From Octopus sinensis (Eukaryota), in NCBI RefSeq assembly GCF_006345805.1, contig NC_043019.1, forward strand, positions 248,001-312,000: a stretch of 64,000 nucleotides of DNA. The letters are read 5' to 3'. The notes beneath the pieces were generated by a model. It worked only from the letters and a program-made list of their open reading frames with translations. It was not told the origin of the DNA and searched no databases. Positions within the stretch are counted from its first letter, which is position 1, and each line of letters starts with the position of its first letter. The position numbers and the translations under genes were made by a program. Shown piece by piece: positions 14,628-62,689 of the stretch.

Positions 14628-15865
14628 TACAGACATGGACAAGAACATGAAACACCACAGAGACGACACAAGAACCACAGGACGGGACATTCGAAGCCCT
14701 CAGTCATCAGTCAAGAACCAGATCATCTTAGCAATTTCGGCTGATTAATCTTGAGATTGCTCTCCGTATGGCCAGCCCGCCAAGGGAAATCTAAGCCAAG
14801 CGCATTAGATCCCCTGGAAGAAAGCTTCGAATGTATACAACGAAAGGACGGAAAACGATCGAAGTACACAACAAAAATACAGAATACGTGACACCAATAG
14901 AATACAAAAACGTAAAAACAATAACGTAAAAATAAAAAATAAACAACAAAACAAAACCAGGACGTAGGACAAGGGTCTTTCGACAGGACGATTTGAGTAG
15001 GGGCTGGCTTGTGAAGTTGTGCCTAAAGGCCACGGGGAGAACGAACAAATCCGTGTTGCTTCTGAGGCTGCTGAAAACGAAAAGAGCGCTCAACAGCGGC
15101 TAGCTGTCACGTGAGAACAAAAGACAGGAGAAAGGGACAGATGAAAAGGGAGAGAAAGTGGACGAGGGAGGAAAGAAAGAGACAGATCGAGGGGGCTGGA
15201 GGTGAGAGAGATGAGAAACGTAGAAAGGGGGGGGGACGGATGGAGAGGAAAGAACGGAAGTGGAATAAGGGAGGAGGGAGAGAGAGAGAAAAAGAGACAG
15301 ATTAAGAGTCGTATCAAGCTTGAGAAAAAAATTACTTATCGTATAAGGACAATTGTGGATACGTAGCCGCCGATTATATAGGTAAACAGTAAAATTAAAT
15401 ACAGACAATGGACAAGAACATGAAACACCACAGAGACGACACAAGAACCACAGGACGGGACATTCGAAGCCCTCAGTCATCAGTCAAGAACCAGATCATC
15501 TTAGCAATTTCGGCTGATTAATCTTGAGATTGCTCCGATATGGCCAGCCCGCCAAGGGAAATCTAAGCCAAGCGCATTAGATCCCCTGGAAGAAAGCTTC
15601 GAATGTAACAACGAAAGGACGGAAAACGATCGAAGTACACAAACAAAAATACAGAATACGTGACACCAATAAGAATACAAAAACGTAAAAACAATAACGG
15701 TAAAATAAAAAATAACAACAAAACAAAACCAGGACGTAGGACAAGGTCTTTCGACAGGACGATTTGAGTAGGGGCTGGCTTGTGAAGTTGTGCCTAAAGG
15801 CCACGGGAAGAACACATCCGTTTGCTTCTGAGGCTGCTGAAAACGAAAAGAGCGCTCAACGCGGC
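14628..15865 (-). mobile_element. Tandem ~480-bp direct repeats, Penelope pLTR-like
   Basis: 14628-~15100 repeated at ~15380-15865 with ~280-bp spacer; diverged reverse-complement homologue at ~42500-42850. Confidence 0.55.
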
Positions 15866-15996
15866 TAATATATATATAATATATATATATTATTATATAT
15901 ATAATATATATATAATATATAATGTATATATATATATATATATATACATTATATATATATATAATATATATATTATATATATATATATATATAATA

Positions 15997-16739
15997 CCGG
16001 GTGATGGAAAAGTAACTCCCTATTTTAAAACACTTATAATTTATTTATTAACTATAATTTTTAGAAAAAATCAATATGTTAAGAAAGCATACAGCATGGA
16101 GTTTTGTTTACATTCGATATAGACACCAGCATTCGCCACCGAGCTTTTCAAGCGCCCAGGAACCGCATCAACTGATTTCATTAGGAACTCTTGTGGGATG
16201 GAAGACATGACTTCTCGTATTTGCCCTTCAACTTCTTCCAAAGTCATTGGTTTGATAGAGCAGACTTGCTCCTTTAACCGACCTCAAAGAAAAAATGTCG
16301 CAGAGTGTTAAATCAGGGCTTCTGGCGGCCAATCATTCGGACGTCGAGAACCCATCCATCTCACAGGGAAGCGGGCATTCAACCATTCACAAACAATAGC
16401 AAAATGTGGAGGAGCGCCATCTTGCATAAAAAATCAAATCTTCAATATTCTCCCAAGTACTCATAACTGGCCAGATTTCATCTTGTAGCATGGTGAAGTA
16501 CCATTCAGTATTCATGATATTGCAAAGGATGAAAGGACCCACAATCCGATCCGAAGTCAATCCACGCCATACCGTTACTTTGTGCCGATTCTGCATTTGT
16601 TCAGAGGTAATAAGTGGATCTTCTCCCGCCCAGTATTGGCAGTTGTGACGGTACATACACAACAAATTTGAGACAAAATTATTGTTAATAAATAAATTAT
16701 AAGTATTTTAAAATATAGAGTTACTTTTCAATCACACTG
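15997..16739 (-). mobile_element. Internally deleted Tc1/mariner element
   Basis: ~43-bp TIRs (ccgggtgatggaaaagtaactcc / gagttacttttcaatcacactg), TA flanks; transposase remnants VTVWRGLT..IVGPF, DGAPPH-like and RSPDLT-like motifs. Confidence 0.85.
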
Positions 16740-16740
16740 T

Positions 16741-16789
<49 letters not shown>

Positions 16790-16808
16790 GTGTGTGTAGA
16801 CATATGTA

Positions 16809-16858
<50 letters not shown>

Positions 16859-16968
16859 TATACATATATACATGTATGTATGTATATGCTTATATCTGTA
16901 TACATATATATATATAGATATACACACATATATATACCTAAATGTATACATAAATAAACGAACGTCTA

Positions 16969-17007
<39 letters not shown>

Positions 17008-17236
17008 GTATCTACATAAATAAACGTACGTGTGTATATATGTATTGTTAGCCACAACACACATTTTTTCTCTTCTTGTTTTTCTGCTTGCTTTTTCTGT
17101 GTCCCTTTCTGTAGAAGGGCGTAGGATCGAAACGACGTAAAATAATTTTTCTATTGCTGAGCGTTATACTAATACATTTGTCTGTTTTCTATACCACCTG
17201 TTTTCGTCTTATGTTTTTTCGTAAACTCCCAATATA

Positions 17237-17301
<65 letters not shown>

Positions 17302-17559
17302 GTATGTATATATGTATGTATTATGTATGTATGTATGTATGTATGTATGTATGTACGTATGTATGTATGTATAACATCTTATAATTACAGATGAGTATGT
17401 AAATATATATAGTTATGAATATATAAAGGTATATAAATCAATATCATCTCTCTATCTACCTTACAAATACTCAAAAACACACACAAATATATATGTGTAT
17501 GCACACGCATAACTTTTATTCCTTATACTATGTGTGTGTTAGTGAAAGGAGTAAAGAGA

Positions 17560-20500
17560 GAGAGAAAGAGAGAGAGAGTGATTGGGGCTGGGAGTTAAGC
17601 AGCCAATAAGCCACACAATAACTAACTACAACAACTACCACACTAACTACCTACACACCTACCACTGAAACTTACCTTTTTTAAAATATTTAAATATAGA
17701 AAGAAAGACAGAAATTAAGAAGCTATTGAAATGCGTGTGTGTTTGAGATGGTTGGTGGGAGGTAAGCAGAAAATAGCAGCCCAAATTACCTACCTATCCT
17801 ACACCTTTCCCGCCACGTCATTACCTTCTTTAAAAAAGGAAAGAAAGACTAAAGCTAAAAGACGTGTGTGTTTTTTCAGGGGTGGGAGTTAAGCCGTGAA
17901 TAGCAGCCCCCAAATGCGGCCTATCCTTCACTTATACCATCTCACCTTTATCTACTTTAAAAAGAAAGAAAGAAACAAAAAAGAGGCGAATAAGATGTGT
18001 GTGTGTGCGTGTGTATGTGTGTGTGAGTGTCTTGAAAGTTTGTAGTACTACAAATAGGCTGCATCCCTTAATTATTTACCTATTCATACCTTAGTATATG
18101 AAAGGAAGGTGACCAGCTTCTCTCCCTCTCTTGTCTTCCACATCTCCATCGATTTACATTATACACACACTTATATTTCTTTAAATATTTCTAATTAGAT
18201 ATACAAGATTATACAAACCACACACACACATATAAACTACATCAATTTTTCCATTTATTAATCCCAACTTATACAATATAAGCACGATGTGCACATGTTC
18301 ATTATGTTCCAAGACATTTACTTCGAAATCTTCATTAACAACTCACATGAGGAGTCATTACGGTAAGTCATTGCATTTATACATTTTATTTCAGTTGATG
18401 CGCAAAGTATTTTAATCGTGTTCAAATAATGATAATTATTACTTTCTTTTTACAGGCGTCAAGCCGTACCAGTGCGACATATGTAAGAAGAGATTCACTC
18501 GAAATACTTCATTAAACTACCACAAGCTTGTTCATGAAGAGAAATTTCGGTTTACCTGTAAACTTTGTGATAAACATTTCAGACACCGTGGTCATTTCAA
18601 TGTATGTATATTCATATTATTATTATATTTTACTTTATACTTTATGAATGTATTTAATATTTCCAAATTCATTGATTTCTGTTTATGTATAACATATCAA
18701 TACATTGAAACGAACAATTAATATCGTTACATTTCAGGACCATGTTTTGAAGCATTTTATAGATGAACCATTCGAATGTGGACGATGTCACAAGACGTTT
18801 CCGTCGCGTCAAAAATCAAGGGACCACGTTAAAGTATGTAATGCAACAGATGCTACTCCGAGTAAAACAATGCAGCAAAAAGTCCACGAAGCCCATTGGC
18901 AGTACTTTCTGGTACGTTTTCACCTAATTTACCTTGTAAATATTTAGCTGCAGATTTTGAGTCTTAGCTCAGACAAATCGAAGTTAAAATGCTGAAAAAC
19001 GTTGACATTCTAACGATTTCCACTCTGTTTTCTTCTGTGAAGCTTTAATTCTCCAATCTGAAATTATTTCTTAAGTCAATATGGACTGATTTATAAGAGA
19101 TTTCGCTCCTTTTCCCATTACTTTATATTTATTTCTCAATTCTTATTAATATATTCAAATTACTGAAAAGATCGTTTCTACACTCCATGCATTAGGGATA
19201 AGTCTCAATTATAAAATATGAATTTTTGTGATATCCAGCCATAGAGATTCATTTGGGCATTAGTACATTCCACTCTGATAATTTCATATATATTTTATCA
19301 ATAATTCCATTTTCTCTTTCAGATGACCGTCGGTTTATAATTTCCGAATGATCGTAAGAGGAAAGATTCTTCCACCTGGCATAATTTCGTGGCGTCTTTT
19401 GCAGACCACATCTCAGAGACTCTAATTTCATATATTTCGTGTAACGCAATCAATAATAAACTTAAACTAAAGAAGCTTTGGCGTCTGTTTTTTTCTTTTC
19501 TTCTTTTTCTTTTTTTTCTTGAATTTCAAAATTGAGAAGAGATCTTCTTAGAAATCGATATGCGAGTACATGGACATGAATAATAGTGTCTATATGAAGG
19601 TACTTCTGTGTGTAGATACTATTATATTGGCTAAATATTGAAAGCTCAAAATTGTGATGTGTAAATATGTACGTAAATCTGCATCTAATAGATAAACGTG
19701 TACTCACACACACATAGGCATATACATAATGAGGAATACACACATACATGTACACACACACACACTCGTACATACAGGTACATATATGAATAAATGTGTG
19801 TGTGTATGTGTACATGAGTCCGTGTGTTTTCGCCTCGGTATAGCCCCAGGTATGGATAGACAGGTGGAAATGAAGATAGACAGATAGATATGTACCTAGA
19901 TAGAAAGATAGATAGATAGAGACAGAGAGATACATAGACAGATAGATAGACAGTGAGGCAGATACGCAGTCAGGTAGGCAGACAGATAGAGAGAAAGACA
20001 GACAGATAGGTAGATAGATAGATAGATAGATACATACATACATACATACATACATACATACATACATACATAGACAGGTAGATAGGTAAAGGAATAAAAG
20101 AATACATATATGGAAAGAGAGAGAGAATAAGTGAGAATGGGGAGAGAATATGTCCTTCGCGGATTATGTAGTTAATATATATTGAAAGTGTGCGATTGAG
20201 GGTTGAAGCATTTCTAGGCCGCGGGTCACCATGGGCCTCCACCACCTGTTTTTATAGTTTCAAACTGTTAAACATAACTTTGGTAGTGATTATGTGAGTT
20301 TTACAAAGTGAGCGGGCGGTGGGAAGTGGGGGGAGAGGTCAGCCGTCAGCCCTCACACCGTTCCCCCCTCCGCACACAGCAGCGGCAACCTTTAGAAATT
20401 TCAAAAGATTTCATTTAACTTCTAGTAAGAACGGGATTTGGGGTACATAAAAGGTCCCTAAGGTTCCATGTCGACTTTGGGTGTCTCTCTCTCTCTGCAT

Positions 20501-20584
20501 TTCTCTTTCTATATTTTACCCTCTCCCATTCACTGTCATATAGATATATACCCTGCACACATATCGTTCACGGACACACAATTA

Positions 20585-20626
<42 letters not shown>

Positions 20627-20627
20627 C

Positions 20628-20660
<33 letters not shown>

Positions 20661-20670
20661 ATATAAAAAC

Positions 20671-20705
<35 letters not shown>

Positions 20706-21016
20706 CATATATATACAGATGTAGGGTAAAGAGTTTGTAATTTCATAATTAATAAATTTTACCAGGTAATTTCGGTAAGGTAAAAAGAACCATTATCGTA
20801 AAAACTTGTTTAAAAATATATTTTTATATATATAATTATATATGTAATTAAGGGTTTAGCAACAAGTTGCTTCATTACATTACGAAAATTTAGAAATAGT
20901 AGCGAGAGACAGTTAATTCCTTTCACTATGTCTCTAGTAAAACGAGTTAGCTGTCTTTGGCTGTTACTTCTAAATTTTCGAATATGTTGTGAAGTAACTT
21001 GTTGCTACTTTCTTAA
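17560..21016. repeat. Older ~10.5-kb-period duplicate of ~7130-10601 (ZF cassette in modular repeat)
   Basis: Colinear sequence with offset ~10.4-10.5 kb, visibly more diverged than the 24.5-kb pair. Confidence 0.9.
18287..19340 (+). CDS. C2H2 zinc-finger gene, spliced 3' part (copy 2, frame intact): 3 C2H2 fingers plus 1 C2HC finger
   Basis: Exons ~18287-18362, 18456-18601, 18738-18911, 19323-19340, all GT-AG. Translation MCTCSLCSKTFTSKSSLTTHMRSHYGVKPYQCDICKKRFTRNTSLNYHKLVHEEKFRFTCKLCDKHFRHRGHFNDHVLKHFIDEPFECGRCHKTFPSRQKSRDHVKVC...HWQYFLMTVGL*. AATAAA at 19455. True start uncertain (in-frame stop ~50 nt upstream of this ATG). Confidence 0.75.
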
Positions 21017-21027
21017 TTATATATCTA

Positions 21028-21086
<59 letters not shown>

Positions 21087-21113
21087 GTATATGTATATAT
21101 GTATATATATATA

Positions 21114-21166
<53 letters not shown>

Positions 21167-21187
21167 GTATATATATACATATGTATA

Positions 21188-21220
<33 letters not shown>

Positions 21221-21266
21221 GTGTGTGTGTGTGTGTTTATATATATATACTTATGTATTATATATA

Positions 21267-21299
<33 letters not shown>

Positions 21300-21416
21300 G
21301 ATATATATATATATATATGTATAGCTTCATATAATTACAGGCACCTATATAACTATATATAGAGTGTATAAGTCAATATCATCTTTCTTTCGCCTTACGC
21401 CTTCAAACGCACACAC

Positions 21417-21466
<50 letters not shown>

Positions 21467-21623
21467 TATATATATATATATATATATATATCCACGACCG
21501 GAGTCATTCTTGTTGCTTATTTTGATTATGATCACGCCACGGATTCATATGGATAACATCATCCAAAATTCTGGTGCATCTAAATTAAGTACCATATTCA
21601 TTTGAATCTAAATTTTTTGTGAC

Positions 21624-21683
<60 letters not shown>

Positions 21684-23135
21684 CTATATATATATATATA
21701 TGCGTGTTTATGCGCACGCATATAATGTATTACCTTTTATTACTTATACTAATGCTGAATCTTATACCAACAATTATAAACGATTCATCAAAACTAATAT
21801 ATATTATATTTACCCCTAAAGATACTATTCTTCAAGACAGATATAATACATATACCTTTAAATGTACTATGGATAAAGGTAAAAGCCCATCGTATGGCTC
21901 ACAGAAGAAGTCACGCATGGAATGTTGCGTCCAAAGCTTACGACGCAGTTCTACCTAAATGTCCCCAATAGCTCCCATGAATTATTTGTACCTGACATGT
22001 GTCTACGTAAGGACTTATAGGGATGTGTGTGTGAGAGAAAGAAGTAAAGAGAGAGAGAGAGAGAGAGTGATGGGGGCTGGGAGTTAAGCAGCCAATACTA
22101 GCCACAAATAACTACGTACCCCACACCTATTCTAGCTCAACCCCCACCTTCTTTAAAATATTAAAGAAAGAAAGACAGAAAGAAATGAAGAAGCTATTGA
22201 AATGTGAGTGTGTTTGTGATGGGACGGGGGAGATAAGCAGAAAATAGCAGCCCAAAATACCAACCTTTACCGTCTCACCATTACATTAAATGAAAAAATG
22301 AAAGAAAGACAGAAGCTAAAAGACGTGTGTATATTTGAGGGTGATGGTGGGAGATGAGCAATGAATAGCAGCCCCAAAATGCGACCTATCCTACACCTAT
22401 ACCTACTTTAAAAAGAAAACGAAACGAAGAAGCTAATAAGATATGTGTGTGTGTGTTTCTTGGAATTTTGTAGTACTACTAGTAGACTACATCCCATAAT
22501 TATTTGCCCAATTAGGGTAAAGAATCATTAATTTAATAATTAATAAATGTTACCAAGTAATTTCGGTATGGAAAGAGAAACATTTTCGTTAAAAACTTGC
22601 ACAAAAATTTTTTTATATATATAATTATAAATATAATTAAGGGTTTAGCAAAAAGTTACTTCACCACACACCGAAATTTTAGAATTAGCAGCTGAGGACA
22701 GATAATTCCTTTCACTATGTCTCTAGTAAAACGATTTTGCTGTCTTTGTCTGCTATTCCTAAATTTTCAGTTTGTGGTGAAGCAACTTGTTGCTAGACAC
22801 TTAACTATTTATATATATAAAGAATGTGTGTCCCCTGCACCTCGGACTTACAAAGAGACACATTAAAACTTTTCAAATTTCTAAAGAGCTTTCAAGATGA
22901 GTTGGGAGGTGGAAAGGAGATGCGGCTGACTGATCCCATCCCCTCAACTCCCTGCCTACATTTATGCTTAAACACACTGGACCATCACCGCAGGTATATT
23001 TGAAAGTTCCAAACTATGAAACCTGACGTTCGAGGCCCACATTGACACACGGCCGAAAACTGCTTCAGTCCTTTAGCGCTTACCTTCAAGTATATATAAT
23101 AACAAATAGCTGTTGGATATACTCTCTCTCACTCA

Positions 23136-23199
<64 letters not shown>

Positions 23200-23263
23200 T
23201 TCTATATATATATGTGTGTTTGTATCGCTCTCATATATATGTATGTATGTATATACGTACATA

Positions 23264-24262
23264 CACAGGTTCGATAAAATAATGGAAAGACCTTAAAATT
23301 TCAAACGATTTTATTTTAATACGGGGTGGGAACGCCTTCGGCAGTAATTATAGCTTGAATTCGTCGAGGTATGGACTCGTACAAAGTTTGAATTGTTTCC
23401 AAAGTAATTTTTCTCCATTTTTTAGCTAAAACTGTCTTCAGTTCTTGTAGTGACGATGGTGGAGGATATCGACTCCTTACTTGTTTTCCTAAAAGGCACC
23501 ATAAATGTTCAATAATATTGAGATCTGGGAACTGTGGTGGCCAGATAAGATGTTCAACTCCACTAGAATGTTCCTCGTGCAATTTAGTAACAACTTTAGC
23601 TGTGTGAATTGGTGTATTATCATCCTAAAAGATTGCGTTTCTCTCGGGAAACAGTTCCGCAACCATAAGATGAATTTGATCAGATAAAATTCTTTAGTAG
23701 TCTAGACTATTAATTCTGCCATGACGGGAAAACATTGGGCCGGCGGATTTCCAAGATATAGATCCGCCTCCATGTTTAACAGTTGGAAGAAGGCAGTCTG
23801 AGTCAAATGCTTCTTGTGGCTGTCTCCACACGTATACTCGGCCGGTGGTCGGAAATAAGGTAAACGATGATTCGTCCGAGAAAATAATATTCTTCCTCTG
23901 CTCTAAGGAGCAATTCTGTAGGTGTTTACTTCACTCTAAACGCTTTGCAACGTTTGTTTTTTGAAGATAGTGGTTTTCTGATTGCAGCCCGACCGTGAAA
24001 TTTGGCTTTGTGCAGCTCCCGGCGAACACTTTTAGTGAAAACTGGGTTCTCTGGAAGTTTTGATTTTCTTCTGGAGTTTTGTTTCGAGGAGGAGGTTTTT
24101 CCGTTTCTCAAAGGCTATCATTACTTTCGAGAGAGTAGTTCTTGATACACCAAACATTTCGGCTGTTTTCGTTACGCTAGCGCCTGCCATACGAGCACCA
24201 ACAATTTGACCTCTTTGAAAGTCCGATACATCTGTCATTTTAATTAATTTTACTTATCTTCT
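23264..24262 (-). mobile_element. Degenerate Tc1-like (DD34E) transposon
   Basis: HTH N-terminus SDFQRGQIVGARMAGASVTKTAEMFGVSRTT; C-terminus WPPQFPDLNIIEHLW...YESIPRRIQAII..GVPTPY; frameshifted. Confidence 0.9.
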
Positions 24263-24272
24263 GATGATGATA

Positions 24273-24309
<37 letters not shown>

Positions 24310-24502
24310 TAGCAGAATCGCCCGGCGTTGCTCGGGTTTGTAAGGGAAATAACTATACTGCATTTTTAGAGAGTTATAGCCAAAAACATAGCAAAAAAAG
24401 CATTAAAAATGGAAAAAATATGATGTTAAATTATTTTTTAAATCGTAGACTCATCGTAGACGCGCGCTAGTACCCAGACGGGCTCGATAGGAATCACGAC
24501 TA

Positions 24503-31392
<6,890 letters not shown>

Positions 31393-31492
31393 NNNNNNNN
31401 NNNNNNNNNNNNNNNNNNNNNNNNNNNNNNNNNNNNNNNNNNNNNNNNNNNNNNNNNNNNNNNNNNNNNNNNNNNNNNNNNNNNNNNNNNNN
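31393..31492. other. Assembly gap (100 N)
   Basis: Run of exactly 100 N. Confidence 1.
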
Positions 31493-31939
31493 AACAAAGG
31501 AAAAGAAACTGCTACATTGTTTTAAAATTCAAGGTGATAGTCATTATTGAGTTGGCAGGGTCTTGTGTCTAGAGAAGAAATGAATCATTAACACGTATTA
31601 CTTCCGTCTTCACGATCAGAGTTCGAATGTTACCGGGATCCACATTGCCTTTCATCCTTTCGAGGTCGATAAAATAAATACCATTTGAGTACGGAGGTCG
31701 ATGTAATCGACTTAGCCTTTCATTCGAAATTGCTGGCCTTGTGTGGTGGCAACATTTTGAAATCATTATCAAAGACAAGAATGCATTTCAATGAAACGGA
31801 AGTGTGTTTTTATTGGTGTGAAACTATTTCTGTGATTTTTTGATTAGATTTTACAAAATTTTATTTAATCAAGATTAGTTTATGAAAAAAAAAAAAAGGT
31901 TTGATACAAGTAATTTACACAGCAAAGTGTAATTAAAAT

Positions 31940-32097
31940 TGTCATCCTCCTCCTCCTCGTCATCATCATCATCATCATCATCATCATCGTCGTCGTCGTC
32001 GTCATCATCATCATCGTCATCATCGTCATCATCGTCATCGTCATCATCGTCATCATCGTCATCGTCTTCATCATCGTCGTCATCATCATCATCATCG

Positions 32098-32129
<32 letters not shown>

Positions 32130-32139
32130 GTCGTCGTCG

Positions 32140-32187
<48 letters not shown>

Positions 32188-32520
32188 CCATCATCATCGA
32201 TGTCGAAGTCATCATGTCATCATATCGTCATCTTCCATCGCCGACGCCGTCATCATTACTCTTGTGGTTATTATGTCGTCATCCACCACCACCACCACCA
32301 CCACCACCAGTCGTCGTCGTTGTCGTCGTCATTGTCCTCGTCATTATTATCATAGTCCTCCCCCTTTTCTTCTTCTTTCTCCTCTTCCCCCTTGTCATCA
32401 TCATCATCATCATCATGATTATCATCGTCCTCGCCATCGCCGTAGTCGTTACTGTCGTCGCTTAGCCGTTGTTGTTGTCAGCGTTGTCGTTGTCAGCGTT
32501 GTCATTGTCAGCGTTGTAAT
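31940..32520. repeat. Compound trinucleotide repeat (CAT/CGT/CAC)
   Basis: Direct reading. Confidence 0.95.
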
Positions 32521-32530
32521 CAGTGTGATT

Positions 32531-60755
<28,225 letters not shown>

Positions 60756-61340
60756 CTGAAATTGAATATGGCTATGTCTACATAGGCAACTATACGCATG
60801 AGAAGACATACATAAAACAAAACATACAAATCTGCACCTCCAAATACATACATACATACATACATACGCACGCACGCACGCACGCACGAACATATTAAAA
60901 AAAATCCACCCCTTTAAAGCCTAGCCAGGCTCATGGGCCCGGTTTCCCGGTTTCAAGGGCATATGTCTTCCCCAGCTGGACGGGACGCCAGTCCATCGCA
61001 GCGTTACTCATTTTTGCCAACTGAGTGGACTGGAGCAACGTGAAATGAAGTGTTTTGCTCAAGAACAACAACGCGTCACCCGGTCAAGGAATCGAAACCA
61101 AAATCTTACGAGCATGATGCTGACACCCTAACCACTAAACCACGCGCCTCCACTCGCACGAACATATACGTACACATATATCATAGATACATGGGCCACG
61201 TACCTACAAAGTTACTCAAAAACCTAGTATTTTTAGGTTTTTCGAAGAAAGAGCAAAACAAATTGCCGCAGATTTTCCAAACCCAATATATTAGCATGCA
61301 GTGTAAATTTTGAAAAGCATTATAAAGATTATAAAGATTA

Positions 61341-61513
61341 GGCGCAGGAGTGGCTGTGTGGTAAGTAGCTTGCTAACCAACCACATGGTTCCGGGTTCAG
61401 TCCCACTGCGTGGCATCTTGGGCAAGTGTCTTCTGCTATAGCCCCGGGCCGACCAATGCCTAGTGAGTGGATTTGGTAGGCTGAAACTGAAAGAAGCCTG
61501 TCGTGTATATGTA

Positions 61514-61590
<77 letters not shown>

Positions 61591-61799
61591 TTGTGTGTCT
61601 GTGTTTGTCCCCCTAGCATTGCTTGACAACCGATGCTGGTGTGTTTGCGTCCCCGTCACTTAGCGGTTCGGCAAAAGAGACCGATAGAATAAGTACTAGG
61701 CTTACAAAGAATAAGTCCCTGGGTCGATATGCTCGACTAAAGGCGGTGCTGCAGCATGGCCGCAGTCAAATGACTGAAACAAGTAAAAGAGTAAAAGAG
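61341..61799 (+). mobile_element. SINE family 1
   Basis: Full-length forward copy. Confidence 0.85.
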
Positions 61800-62010
61800 T
61801 ATTCCCCATCTGAGATTCTTCGGATGAACAAATGCACACACCTGAGTGTATGCGTCGAGAGTTCAATCAACACAGAACCATCACGACATATTTACAACCA
61901 CCGGGAAGTCTCCTAACTAAAAAAAGGGTTTTGTTGTTTTATTAGCGACCGGCTTGAACTCTTATAAGAATTTAAAGGTGCCGCGCAGAGTGACTGAAGC
62001 CAGAACCATG

Positions 62011-62406
62011 GGATCTTTTCGGTTTGAACGGCAGTTTTTAACATAATTTATAGGTAACTAAAAAAATTTAAACTTCGTATACTGGTAGAATGTGTTTATA
62101 AAACATCTTTTTCTCTTGGCTTTTTTGAGAAAATTCTATGGTTTGTAAGATATTTGTTGTTTTTTTTTTCTTCAATTTCTGCAATTTCAACCAATCAGTG
62201 ACGTCCATTGAGATAAAACACATTCTGTGCCGTATGAATATGTCCCTCGTTTAAGAAACAGATTGGGTTTATTTATATTTGTGAAGAAAAAAAGATCCCC
62301 CCCACCGCTAACCCTTAAATAGATTGAAATGCAATAGATCGATACTAGGGTGACAATTTCATATGACACCGCTAGAAAAAAACTGCCGTTCAAACCGAAA
62401 AAATCC
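62011..62406. mobile_element. Same MITE family, copy 2 (opposite orientation)
   Basis: Same TIRs; perfect 8-bp TSD GAACCATG. Confidence 0.85.
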
Positions 62407-62457
62407 GAACCATGTAGTATGGAAGGAAGCAAGCTTCTTACCACTCAGCCATGCTTG

Positions 62458-62689
62458 CTGGCGAGCTGGCAGAACCGTTAGCACGCCGGGCGAAATGCGT
62501 AGCCGTATTTCGTCTGCCGTTACGTTCTGGGTTCAAATTCCGCCGAGGTCCACTTTGCCTTTCATCCTTTCGGGGTCGATAAATTAAGTACCAGTTACGC
62601 ACTGGGGTCGATGTAATCGACTTAATACCTATGTCTGTCCTTGTTTGTCCCTTCTGTGTTTAGCCCCTTGTAGGCAGTAAAGAAATAGC
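62458..62689 (+). mobile_element. SINE family 2 (~230 bp)
   Basis: gagctggcagaa head, gagttcaaattcc B-box-like, catcctttcggggtcgataaa core; other copies 54905-55128 (+), 46567-46750 (-), 46755-46982 (-), 44449-44590 (-), 40236-40373 (-), ~31605-31760 (+). Confidence 0.8.

Noticed and set aside
5412-21958. Many ORF-track proteins rich in YI/IY/CV/LSIY
   Set aside because: Translations of (TA)n, (CA)n and (GATA)n microsatellites, not genes.
61200-61310. Possible upstream PSA-like exon (KPKNTRFLSNFV|gtacgt)
   Set aside because: Phase fits, but there is no AG acceptor in the open stretch and similarity is weak.
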